The notes: generated by a model from the letters alone, not told the origin. DNA of 64,000 nucleotides from an uncultured Alphaproteobacteria bacterium (GCA_902522465.1 CABYVV010000003.1:2262-66261); one strand, 5' to 3'. Positions 44,071 to 52,477 are shown, counted from the stretch's first letter. A program made the numbers and translations.

Positions 44071-44557
44071 AGTATTCAGAGTTTAAAGTAATTCTTTCTT
44101 CTTCTAAATCTATTTTTAAAATATGGTGATTATTAATGGGTACGAGAATTTCACTTTTTCCTTTCTTTATTTCCAGGTAGTCTCCAGCCCCATGATTTTT
44201 GACAGCATTAACCTGACCAATTTTTTTTTCAGAAACATAGACTTTTAGCTTTACCAAATCGTTAAAATAAAATTGATTTTTGTTTAGTTTTGGGAGAGAA
44301 GTCCGTCTTATAGAAATTAATTTGCCAATATACTTTTTTACATCTTCTGGGTTTTTAATTTCGTTTATTTTTCCTATAATTTTTTTGTGCGTAGTATCAA
44401 ATTTAATTTTTATCTCATCGTGTTGATTAACAAAAAATTCCTTAAAATGAATAATGTCTTTCTTAATTGATAAAAAACTCTGAACATTAATATTACCTTT
44501 ATTCCCATGTATTTTACCAAATCTTCCTACAATTACTTTATTTTTTTTTGATTCTAT
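44060..44557 (-). CDS. rimM: 16S rRNA processing protein RimM (probable ATA start)
   Basis: The ORF track shows only the C-terminal PRC-barrel part (44060-44257, from an internal TTG). My own translation shows the frame is open up to 44572. It encodes the RimM N-terminal domain ...KVIVGRFGKIHGNKGNINVQSF...KIIGKINEIKNPEDVKKYIGKLISI. There is no ATG/GTG/TTG before that domain. AAGGAG lies 9 nt upstream of ATA at 44557-44555. Confidence 0.8.
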   Translation of the reverse strand: MESKKNKVIVGRFGKIHGNKGNINVQSFLSIKKDIIHFKEFFVNQHDEIKIKFDTTHKKIIGKINEIKNPEDVKKYIGKLISIRRTSLPKLNKNQFYFNDLVKLKVYVSEKKIGQVNAVKNHGAGDYLEIKKGKSEILVPINNHHILKIDLEEERITLNSEYYEV

Positions 44558-44566
44558 TTTTTTTGT

Positions 44567-44572
44567 CTCCTT
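44567..44572 (-). promoter_or_regulatory. Shine-Dalgarno sequence (AAGGAG) for rimM
   Basis: The plus strand reads ctcctt at 44567-44572. It lies 9 nt upstream of the ATA codon and 10 nt downstream of the rpsP stop. Confidence 0.5.
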
Positions 44573-44582
44573 TTAGAGCTTT

Positions 44583-45380
44583 TTATTCGTTTGGATTACT
44601 TTCTTCTTTTGATTGTTGTTTAGGTTCTGGTTCGTTAGAATTTTTAGAGGAATTATCAATATTTTGCTGAGTTTTGGCTTGATCAGTTGGTGTTGTGCTT
44701 GATAAATTATTCTGGGTTTCAGTTGTTTCAGGTTTTGAGGAAGATGCAGGTACAGAATTTTCTTGTGATTCTTGTTTAGTTTGCTCTTCTTTTGTTTTGG
44801 TTTCTACCTTAGGTTCCAGTTTCGACTCTGATTCCTGTTTAACTTCTTCTGTTTTTGGTTTGGTTTCACCTACAGGCTCCAAATTCGATTTTGATTCCTG
44901 CTTAGTTTCCTCTGATTTTGCCTCAGACTTGGGTTGTGTATCTACGTCAGTTGACTGTGGTGTATCTTCTGGAACTAAACTTTGTTCTGTTTTCGTTTCA
45001 TTTGAAGCTTCTTGAGCTGCTTTTTCCATTTCCTGTTTTGATTTTAATTTTTCTTCTTTTGCTTTTAATTTTTCAAGCGTTTTCTTTCGAGGTTTGTCTT
45101 GTTTAGTCTGTTTTGGAATTTCATTTTTTTTTGTTAATCCTTCATTTGCGAGAAATTTATTAACTTTTTCTGTTGGTCTTGCTCCAACTGATAACCAATA
45201 TTTTATTCTATCTAAGTTTAAGTTAACCCTTTCAGGATCGTCTTTGGAACGCATTGGGTTATATGTGCCTAACCTTTCTAAATATTTTCCATCTCTTGGT
45301 GCTCTGATATCTGCTGCAACAATTCTAAAGAATGGCCTTTTTTTGGACCCTCCCCTTGATAATCTTAGTGATACTGACAT
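44583..45380 (-). CDS. rpsP: 30S ribosomal protein S16 with a low-complexity C-terminal extension of about 180 aa
   Basis: MSVSLRLSRGGSKKRPFFRIVAADIRAPRDGKYLERLGTYNP...RIKYWLSVGARPT is canonical bS16 (about 85 aa). The rest (about 44586-45125) is K/E/T/Q/S-rich. Confidence 0.9.
   Translation of the reverse strand: MSVSLRLSRGGSKKRPFFRIVAADIRAPRDGKYLERLGTYNPMRSKDDPERVNLNLDRIKYWLSVGARPTEKVNKFLANEGLTKKNEIPKQTKQDKPRKKTLEKLKAKEEKLKSKQEMEKAAQEASNETKTEQSLVPEDTPQSTDVDTQPKSEAKSEETKQESKSNLEPVGETKPKTEEVKQESESKLEPKVETKTKEEQTKQESQENSVPASSSKPETTETQNNLSSTTPTDQAKTQQNIDNSSKNSNEPEPKQQSKEESNPNE
44727..44915 (-). repeat. three imperfect tandem 63-bp (21-codon) repeats inside the rpsP tail
   Basis: The three units are SEETKQESKSNLEPVGETKPK, TEEVKQESESKLEPKVETKTK and EEQTKQESQENSVPASSSKPE. 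DNA units such as ggttccagtttcgactctgattcctgtttaacttcttc and ggctccaaattcgattttgattcctgcttagtttcctc are visibly related. Confidence 0.75.
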
Positions 45381-45392
45381 TTTATTTCCTTT

Positions 45393-46772
45393 CTATTGAA
45401 TTGAATTATTTTTATTAATTAAACCTTGTAGGTCGTTAAATTGTCCAGAGCTCATCATGTTTTGGATATCTTTATTCTTTCCCATTTTTTTCATCATCTG
45501 GCTCATTTTTTTAAATTGTTTAAGCAATTTATTCACGTCTTGTACGTTGGTTCCAGAGCCTTTGGATATTCTAATTTTTCTTGAGGCTTTGACTATATCT
45601 GGAAAATTTCGTTCTTTAGGAGTCATAGAATTAATTATTGCTTTTTGTTTCTTGAAAATATTGTTTTTTTGAATTGATTCTTCAACTTTCTCCTTAAGAC
45701 CAGACATACCTGGAAGATATTTCATTACACTTTGTATACCTCCCATTTTGGATAATTGGTCCAACTGTTTTGAATAATCAAGTAAAGTAAATCTTCCTTT
45801 GAGAAACTTTTTTTGCATTTTTTTAGCTTCTTCTTCGTCAATCTCCTCTGAAGCCTTTTCAACAAGTGATACTACATCTCCCATACCAAGAATTCTGTTC
45901 GCCACCCTATCCGGATGGAATGTTTCAAAGTCATCAATTTTCTCTCCCACCCCCATGAATTTGATTGGTTTTTCAGTAACACTTCTCATCGAAAGTGCAG
46001 CTCCTCCTCTTGAATCACCGTCAATTCTTGTTAATATAATTCCAGTCAAATCCAACTTATCAGCAAAACTTTTTGCTGTGTTAACAGCGTCCTGACCTGT
46101 CATTGAATCAGAAACTAGAAGTATTTCCGAAAAATTATAATTTTCTGATATTTCTTTAATCTCATTCATCATTTTTTTGTCAACATGATTTCTACCAGCA
46201 CTATCTAATATCAAAACTTCAACACCAGATTTTTTTGCTTCTTGTAAAGCAAGTTTTGAAATTTCTAGTGGTGATTTGTTTTTCTGAAGTCCTAGTGTAG
46301 GGATATCATTATTACTACCTAAAGTAATTAGTTGCTCTTGTGCAGCTGGCCTATATATATCTAAGGAAGCCATCATAACTTTTTTTTTATCATGTTTAAT
46401 AATCCACTTTGCCAGTTTTGCAGAACTTGTAGTTTTACCAGATCCTTGTAGACCAACCATCAATATTAATGTGGGTGATTTTCCCTTAAAATTTAGGGAA
46501 TCATTTTGCGAACCTAGAAGGTCAATAAGCTCGTCATTAACGACTTTTATAATCATTTGAGAGGGTGAAATACTTTTAATTACCTCTTTTCCAATTGCCT
46601 TGCTTTTTACTTTTTCAATAAAATCCTTTGCTACGCTTAGAGAAACATCAGATTCTAGTAGAGCAACTCTAATTTCTCTCATGACATCGTTTAAAGAAGA
46701 ATCATCGATAATGCCTTTTCCTTTAATTCTATCAAAAATTCCGGTTATTTTGTGAGTTAAATTTTCAAACAT
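45393..46772 (-). CDS. ffh: signal recognition particle protein Ffh
   Basis: NG domain GLQGSGKTT and DTAGR-type motif DSAGRNH, plus a Met-rich M domain. Confidence 0.97.
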   Translation of the reverse strand: MFENLTHKITGIFDRIKGKGIIDDSSLNDVMREIRVALLESDVSLSVAKDFIEKVKSKAIGKEVIKSISPSQMIIKVVNDELIDLLGSQNDSLNFKGKSPTLILMVGLQGSGKTTSSAKLAKWIIKHDKKKVMMASLDIYRPAAQEQLITLGSNNDIPTLGLQKNKSPLEISKLALQEAKKSGVEVLILDSAGRNHVDKKMMNEIKEISENYNFSEILLVSDSMTGQDAVNTAKSFADKLDLTGIILTRIDGDSRGGAALSMRSVTEKPIKFMGVGEKIDDFETFHPDRVANRILGMGDVVSLVEKASEEIDEEEAKKMQKKFLKGRFTLLDYSKQLDQLSKMGGIQSVMKYLPGMSGLKEKVEESIQKNNIFKKQKAIINSMTPKERNFPDIVKASRKIRISKGSGTNVQDVNKLLKQFKKMSQMMKKMGKNKDIQNMMSSGQFNDLQGLINKNNSIQ

Positions 46773-46793
46773 AATTCAAATTAAAACAAAAAA

Positions 46794-46822
46794 AGTCAGT
46801 GCACGAAACTCGTGGACTGACT
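46794..46822 (-). terminator. intrinsic-terminator-like hairpin plus T7 tract in the ffh 5' region
   Basis: The minus strand reads AGTCAGTCCACGAGTTTCGTGCACTGACT. This forms a 12-bp stem with one G/G mismatch and a 3-nt loop, followed by TTTTTTT (46794-46788). It ends about 16 nt before the ffh ATG and is far more GC-rich than its surroundings. Confidence 0.45.
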
Positions 46823-46836
46823 GAATATTTGTTGTT

Positions 46837-46845
46837 TTTATATCA
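46837..46845 (-). promoter_or_regulatory. candidate extended -10 promoter element (TGATATAAA) upstream of the ffh hairpin
   Basis: The minus strand reads TGnTATAAA at 46845-46837. That would place a transcription start about 10 nt before the hairpin. Pattern match only. Confidence 0.25.
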
Positions 46846-46891
46846 AAAAACATTTAATCCTTAAAGTAAATTATTTAAATTTGGTTTAAGA

Positions 46892-47722
46892 ATGAAAAAG
46901 TCTTACTTTATTAAGTGTCATGGATTGGGAAATGATTTTGTTATTTTTTTAGAAAACAATCATTTTAAAATAACTGAAAAATTAATAAAAAATTTATCTA
47001 ATAGGAAAAAAGGTATCGGTTGTGATCTAGTTGTTTTTCTTAAAAACTCTGAAGAAGATTATTCAGATTTAGAAACAAGATTTTTTAATAAAGATGGTTC
47101 TGAAGCAGAAATATGCGGAAATGCCCTAAGATGTATAGGTAAATATTTCTTGGACAAATTAAAAAAAAACAATGCAACAATAGAAACCAAGGCAGGTTTA
47201 ATTGATATTGAAAAAATTAGCAATAAATTGATTGCTGTTGACATTGGAAAACCAAATTTAAAATGGGAAAAAATTCCACTTAGTATGGATATTGAAACTT
47301 CGAACTTAGGATTAAATTTTAATTATCTAAAAGGAGGCTTTGCTGTTAATGTTGGCAACCCGCACGTTATTTTTTTTGTTAAAAAAATAGACAAAAATAA
47401 ATTGGAAGTAGATGCAAAAGAAATAAAAGATATCGGCTTATTTCCAGAAGGTGTAAATATCAGTGCGGTAAATGTAGTTTCAGCCCAAGAGATAAATGTA
47501 TTAACTTTTGAAAGAGGTGTTGGCATTACAAGTGCCTGTGGTACTGGGGCAGGAGCTTCGGCTTATGCTTCATACAAATTAAAACATTGTATAAATAAAA
47601 TAACTGTTTGTATGAATGGTGGTAATCTTGATGTTGAAATTACAAAAGATGACCATATTTTAACTATTGGTGAATCAAAAGAAGTTTTTCGAGGTGAAAT
47701 TAGTGTTGAGGATTACTTATAA
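46892..47722 (+). CDS. dapF: diaminopimelate epimerase
   Basis: KCHGLGNDFVI, catalytic Cys contexts EICGNALRC and SACGTGAGA. Confidence 0.92.
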   Translation: MKKSYFIKCHGLGNDFVIFLENNHFKITEKLIKNLSNRKKGIGCDLVVFLKNSEEDYSDLETRFFNKDGSEAEICGNALRCIGKYFLDKLKKNNATIETKAGLIDIEKISNKLIAVDIGKPNLKWEKIPLSMDIETSNLGLNFNYLKGGFAVNVGNPHVIFFVKKIDKNKLEVDAKEIKDIGLFPEGVNISAVNVVSAQEINVLTFERGVGITSACGTGAGASAYASYKLKHCINKITVCMNGGNLDVEITKDDHILTIGESKEVFRGEISVEDYL

Positions 47723-48964
47723 ATGAAAAGAAATAATTCAAAAGTGATTAATTTAGGTTGTAGATTAAATTTTTTCGAATCTGAGGTCATAAAAAACATT
47801 TTAACTCAAGAAGGGCTTAATAACAAAATAGTCATCAATACATGTGCTGTTACTAATCAAGCTGTGAAGAAATCAATAGATGAAGTCAAAAAAGCAGCAA
47901 AAAGTTTTCCGAATCATGAAATTGTCGTAACAGGCTGTGCCAGTCAAATTGAAAAAAAAAAATTTTCATCCTTAAAAAATGTTTCTCAATTAGTTGAAAA
48001 TAAAAATAAAACTCATGCAGAGAGTTATACTGGAAAATTACTCACCAAAAAAAAAGACTTTAATTTTCCATTTTTTGATAATTTTACGTCCAGTAGATCT
48101 AGAGCTATGCTTCAGATTCAGCAAGGTTGTGATCACAGATGTACCTTTTGTATCATTCCCTATGGTAGGGGGGATTCAAAAAGTCTTTCATTTCATGAGA
48201 TTGTTGAGCGCACGGAGAATATTCTACAAAGAGGTTACTCAGAAATTATTTTTACTGGAGTAGATTTAACCTCTTATGGTCATGACCTTCCGGGAAAACC
48301 GAAATTAGGAAACATAATAAAAAGACTTTTAACTGTTCAACCAAAATTGAAAAGATTAAGACTTTCCTCTATCGATCCTGCAGAAATTGATCCAGATTTA
48401 TTAGAACTGTTTTGTTACGAAAAAAGAATTTTACCTCACTTACATTTATCATTGCAATCAGGAGATAATTTGATTTTAAAAAGAATGAAAAGAAGACATA
48501 ACAGAAATCAGGTCATTGATTTATGTAAGAAAGTAAAGTCGATAAGACCAGAATTCACATTTGGTGCTGATGTTATTGTTGGCTTTCCAACTGAGACTGA
48601 AAATAATTTTTTACAAACGTTGAACTTAATAAAATTATGCGATTTTTCAAATGTCCATGTTTTTCCTTATTCCTCAAAAGAAGGAACACCTGCATCAAGG
48701 ATGCCCCAAGTTTGTGAAAAAATAAAAAAAGAAAGAGTAAAAATCCTAAGAACAGAGTCGAATAAAATTCTTTACGGTCAACTTAATAAAGTTATTGGAA
48801 AATCAACATCAATTCTTTTTGAATCTTTAAAAAAAAGTTATACAGACGAATTTTTTAAAGTAAAATTAATAGAAAGCGGTGAAATAATGAGCAGGTCTGG
48901 TTCACTTCTAAATGTAAAAATTACTTCAAGACAAAATGACACTTTGATTGCAAAGATTTTGTAA
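47723..48964 (+). CDS. mtaB: radical-SAM methylthiotransferase, MtaB (MiaB-like) type
   Basis: N-terminal UPF0004 Cys residues (LGCRLN, NTCAV, TGCA), the radical-SAM motif CDHRCTFCIIP and a TRAM-like C-terminus. The dapF-mtaB-ftsY synteny supports the call. Confidence 0.85.
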   Translation: MKRNNSKVINLGCRLNFFESEVIKNILTQEGLNNKIVINTCAVTNQAVKKSIDEVKKAAKSFPNHEIVVTGCASQIEKKKFSSLKNVSQLVENKNKTHAESYTGKLLTKKKDFNFPFFDNFTSSRSRAMLQIQQGCDHRCTFCIIPYGRGDSKSLSFHEIVERTENILQRGYSEIIFTGVDLTSYGHDLPGKPKLGNIIKRLLTVQPKLKRLRLSSIDPAEIDPDLLELFCYEKRILPHLHLSLQSGDNLILKRMKRRHNRNQVIDLCKKVKSIRPEFTFGADVIVGFPTETENNFLQTLNLIKLCDFSNVHVFPYSSKEGTPASRMPQVCEKIKKERVKILRTESNKILYGQLNKVIGKSTSILFESLKKSYTDEFFKVKLIESGEIMSRSGSLLNVKITSRQNDTLIAKIL

Positions 48965-48966
48965 CT

Positions 48967-49875
48967 ATGGTTTTGAGTTGGTTAAAACAATTAAAAGATG
49001 GTTTGTCAAAATCATCTGATAAAATTTCTGGCGGAATTAAAAAAATCCTAAAGAGTAAAAAAATTGATGAAGCAACCTTATTTGAATTGGAAGAGTTGTT
49101 GATATCTTCTGATATGGGTATTGACATATCTTCAAAGATAATTGACGAATTAAAAAAATCTAAGTTGGTTGATCCTACACCTGAAAAAGTAAAGGCCATA
49201 ATAAAAAAAAAACTAAAAGAGACTTTAATCTCACTGGAAAAAGATATTAAACTAACAAAATCTTTAAATGTAATTCTTGTTGTTGGAGTTAATGGAGTTG
49301 GAAAAACAGCAACAATTGGAAAATTAGCCGCAAAGTTTTTAGCCGATGGAAAAAAAGTAGGAATGGTTGCGGGTGATACATTTAGAGCAGCAGCAGTTGA
49401 GCAATTAAAAATTTGGTCGGAAAGGGCAAAATCAGAATTCTTTAGTGCAGACGAATCCTCTGATCCAGCAGCTCTGGCCTATAAATCAGTCATGTCAGCA
49501 AAAGATAAATTAGATATTTTATTAATTGACACCGCTGGAAGACTCCATAATAAAAAAGATCTTATGGACGAATTGTCAAAAATAATAAGAGTTCTTAAAA
49601 AAATTGATGAGTCAATACCATCGGAAACAATCTTAGTTTTGGATGGCAATATTGGACAAAATTCGATTAAACAAGCTGAGGTTTTTAAAGAAATCTGTGA
49701 TATTGATAGTTTAATAATAACTAAATTAGATGGTTCAGCAAAAGGGGGAGTTTTGATTCCAATTGCCGAAAAACTGAAAATCCCAATTTCTTTTATTGGA
49801 ACAGGTGAGAAAAAAGAAGACTTGGCAAGATTTAATTCAGATGATTTTTGTACTGCATTACTTGATATAGACTAA
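48967..49875 (+). CDS. ftsY: signal recognition particle receptor FtsY (short form, NG domain only)
   Basis: GVNGVGKTATIGKLA, DTAGRLHNK and TKLDGSAKGG. Confidence 0.95.
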   Translation: MVLSWLKQLKDGLSKSSDKISGGIKKILKSKKIDEATLFELEELLISSDMGIDISSKIIDELKKSKLVDPTPEKVKAIIKKKLKETLISLEKDIKLTKSLNVILVVGVNGVGKTATIGKLAAKFLADGKKVGMVAGDTFRAAAVEQLKIWSERAKSEFFSADESSDPAALAYKSVMSAKDKLDILLIDTAGRLHNKKDLMDELSKIIRVLKKIDESIPSETILVLDGNIGQNSIKQAEVFKEICDIDSLIITKLDGSAKGGVLIPIAEKLKIPISFIGTGEKKEDLARFNSDDFCTALLDID

Positions 49876-51026
49876 TTCTTGGTAATCAACCATAATGAAG
49901 TATTGTAGTCATCTGAAATAATATAAATATCTCCATTATCGCTAATTTCAAAATCTCTTATTCTTCCAATTTTGGGATGATTTTCTATTAAAACTTCTTT
50001 GCTAACAATTTTATTTTTTTCTATATCTAAACGAACTAACATTTTTGCTTTTGTAGCTGAAACAATCAAGTCGCCATTCCATTCAGAAAAAGTTTCTCCT
50101 TTGTAGAAACTTATATTTCCAACTCCGATTGAAGGAACCCAAGATATTATTGGTTTGTCATAAATTTCATGAAATTGTGATCTGCCGATTTTTCTTCCTG
50201 AGTATTCTTTTCCACCCCATGCAATATTCTTCCATCCCATATTACCGGCAAATTTTACAATACCAATATTATCACCACCCATTGGTCCATGTTGTGAAAA
50301 ATATACTTCTCCGTCTAATGGAGAAATTGTCATGCCTTGAGGATTTCTTAGACCAATTTGGTATATTTCAGGAAGCCAGTTCTCATAACCTTTATACTTT
50401 GGGTTATCTTTGGGAATTGAACCATCAGTTTTGATTCTTATTATGCTTCCTGGATGTTTTTCAGGATCTTGGGCAATCATACCTTTGTCTCGTTCACCAA
50501 ATCCTACAAACAGAAGGTCATCTTTGATTGTAATTCTAGATCCCCAATGTTTTTTTGTTTCAAGTGCTGGAATTCCCATGAGGAGAACTTCAAAATTTTG
50601 AAGTTCATTTTCCTTAAGTTTTCCCCGTCCAACTGCCGTACTATATTTTTTTGAAGAATTACCTTCAATATCATTAAGAATATGACTGTATGTGAAATAA
50701 ATAAATCCATCTGTATGAGCATAAACGTCAAGAAACCCACCTTGACCATTTCTTTTTTTTAGTAAAGGTATTTTATGTTGAATATTTATACTTTTACCGG
50801 ATTTAACATTAGTTTTGATTAATCCTCCATTTTTTTCAGTTATTAATAGAGTGTTTTTATCTATAAATGTCATTCCCCAAGGATAATTAAATCTTTCTTG
50901 AGAAACCCTTACTATTTCTAAGTTGAGCTTTGTTTTACTGTAGGATTTGTAATTACTTAAAAGTTCGGCTTTTGAAGAATTAAAAAAAAATAAATAAATT
51001 AATGAAAAAAAAATATATATCATCAT
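49872..51026 (-). CDS. PQQ-dependent soluble sugar (aldose/sorbosone) dehydrogenase family, secreted
   Basis: Signal peptide, beta-propeller repeats, and motifs GLRNPQGM and HGPMGGDN typical of the YliI/sGDH family. Confidence 0.72.
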   Translation of the reverse strand: MMIYIFFSLIYLFFFNSSKAELLSNYKSYSKTKLNLEIVRVSQERFNYPWGMTFIDKNTLLITEKNGGLIKTNVKSGKSINIQHKIPLLKKRNGQGGFLDVYAHTDGFIYFTYSHILNDIEGNSSKKYSTAVGRGKLKENELQNFEVLLMGIPALETKKHWGSRITIKDDLLFVGFGERDKGMIAQDPEKHPGSIIRIKTDGSIPKDNPKYKGYENWLPEIYQIGLRNPQGMTISPLDGEVYFSQHGPMGGDNIGIVKFAGNMGWKNIAWGGKEYSGRKIGRSQFHEIYDKPIISWVPSIGVGNISFYKGETFSEWNGDLIVSATKAKMLVRLDIEKNKIVSKEVLIENHPKIGRIRDFEISDNGDIYIISDDYNTSLWLITKN

Positions 51027-51076
51027 TTTGTAAATATATACATATTGGTATATTTTAATATTTTTTTATAAATAAA

Positions 51077-51526
51077 ATGAACAAAGAAAAATATCTTAAA
51101 AATCATGGATTTTTTTTGGAGGACTTGATTGTAGGGCAAGAAGCTATCCTTGAAAAAAAAATTACAGAAGAAGATATTTTTAGTTTCTCAAAACTCACTG
51201 GAGATAATAATCCTGTACATTTAGATAATGACTTTGCAAAGTTTACAATTTTTAAAAAAAAAATAGCACACGGTTTTCTATCAGGTAGCCTTATTTCAAC
51301 TGTAATTGCAACAAAACTTCCGGGCCCTGGAAGTATTTACTTAAGTCAAACTCTGAAGTTTTTGGCTCCTGTTTTTGTTGATGACACAATTACTGCAAAG
51401 GTAATAATTCATGAAATAAATATGGAAAAAAGAAAAATAAAACTTCTCACGGAGTGCTTTGTAGAAGATAAAAAAATACTAACTGGAAATGCAGAGATTT
51501 TAGTTTCATCCAAGAGTAATATCTAA
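51077..51526 (+). CDS. MaoC-like (R)-specific enoyl-CoA hydratase (PhaJ-like single hot-dog)
   Basis: 149 aa, with FSKLTGDNNPVHLDNDFA...IAHGFL matching the MaoC hydratase motif. Confidence 0.72.
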   Translation: MNKEKYLKNHGFFLEDLIVGQEAILEKKITEEDIFSFSKLTGDNNPVHLDNDFAKFTIFKKKIAHGFLSGSLISTVIATKLPGPGSIYLSQTLKFLAPVFVDDTITAKVIIHEINMEKRKIKLLTECFVEDKKILTGNAEILVSSKSNI

Positions 51527-51529
51527 TAA

Positions 51530-52477
51530 ATGCATATTTTTAGATCATTTAGAATTTCAAGAATTTTTATGAATTCAACTATAGCTATAGGAAATTTTGA
51601 CGGAGTTCATTTAGGACATCAGGCTGTAATAAAGAAAGCTAAAGAAATTTCAATAAAAAAAAAAAATAAGTTTGGCATTCTCACTTTTGAACCTCATCCT
51701 AAGTCTTATTTTAGTGGAGAAAAACAATTTTTTAGATTAACCCCTTTTAGAGAAAAATATAGAATTTTAATGTCTCTTGGAGTTGATTTCATGTTAAATA
51801 TAAAATTTAGTAATGAGTTTTTGAAAAACAGTGCACTTAATTTTCTTGAAAAAAAATTAGTTGAAGATCTTAAAGTTACAACTGTTGTTACAGGCTTTGA
51901 CTTTGTTTTTGGAAACAAACGAGAAGGAGACGTAAGTTTTATAGATAAATATGCAAAAAAAACAAATAAGTTCAAATTCATTGTCGTTCCTGAAGTAAAA
52001 AAAAATCCAAAATATAAAGTTTCATCATCTTATGTGAGACAATTATTAAGATCTGGTAATTTGCAAAAGGCAAATTCTATACTTACAAGGAAGTGGAGAA
52101 TTTCTGAAAGAGTAATTGAGGGTGAGAAAAAAGCTAGAGAAATTGGATTTAAAACTGCAAACATTAAAGTAGACAAATATTGTGATGTCCTACGTGGTGT
52201 TTATATGGTGTCTATAAAAATTCCAAACAAATTTGGAAATAAGGTTTTTAATGGAATAGCAAACTATGGGATAAAGCCAACATTCAATAAATCATTTCCA
52301 TTGTTAGAGGTTCACATTTTCAATTTTAATTTTGATATCTATAGAGAAAGAATTTCTATAAAATTTTTAAAATTTATTAGAGTTGAAAAAAAATTTGAAT
52401 CTATTGTCAAATTGAAAGATCAGATTATAAAAGATATTAATCAAGTAAAAAATGACAGACTACTCAAAAACAATTAA
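51530..52477 (+). CDS. ribF: bifunctional riboflavin kinase / FMN adenylyltransferase
   Basis: IGNFDGVHLGHQ, SSSYVRQLL and GEKKAREIGFKTANI. The start may be the internal Met at 51569. Confidence 0.92.
   Translation: MHIFRSFRISRIFMNSTIAIGNFDGVHLGHQAVIKKAKEISIKKKNKFGILTFEPHPKSYFSGEKQFFRLTPFREKYRILMSLGVDFMLNIKFSNEFLKNSALNFLEKKLVEDLKVTTVVTGFDFVFGNKREGDVSFIDKYAKKTNKFKFIVVPEVKKNPKYKVSSSYVRQLLRSGNLQKANSILTRKWRISERVIEGEKKAREIGFKTANIKVDKYCDVLRGVYMVSIKIPNKFGNKVFNGIANYGIKPTFNKSFPLLEVHIFNFNFDIYRERISIKFLKFIRVEKKFESIVKLKDQIIKDINQVKNDRLLKNN
51655..51666 (+). repeat. A12 homopolymer inside ribF
   Basis: Counted directly in the sequence. Confidence 0.95.

Noticed and set aside
44258-44572. An apparent 325-nt non-coding gap between rpsP and a 65-aa rimM fragment, considered as a possible pseudogene or ncRNA.
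   Set aside because: Hand translation shows an uninterrupted frame encoding the RimM N-terminal domain. The gene is intact and only lacks a canonical start (reported as a finding).
44695-45399. Plus-strand ORFs of 106, 62 and 101 aa overlapping rpsP.
   Set aside because: They are antisense to the K/E/T-rich S16 tail (AAA/GAA/ACN codons), which gives F/S/C/L-rich open frames by composition alone.
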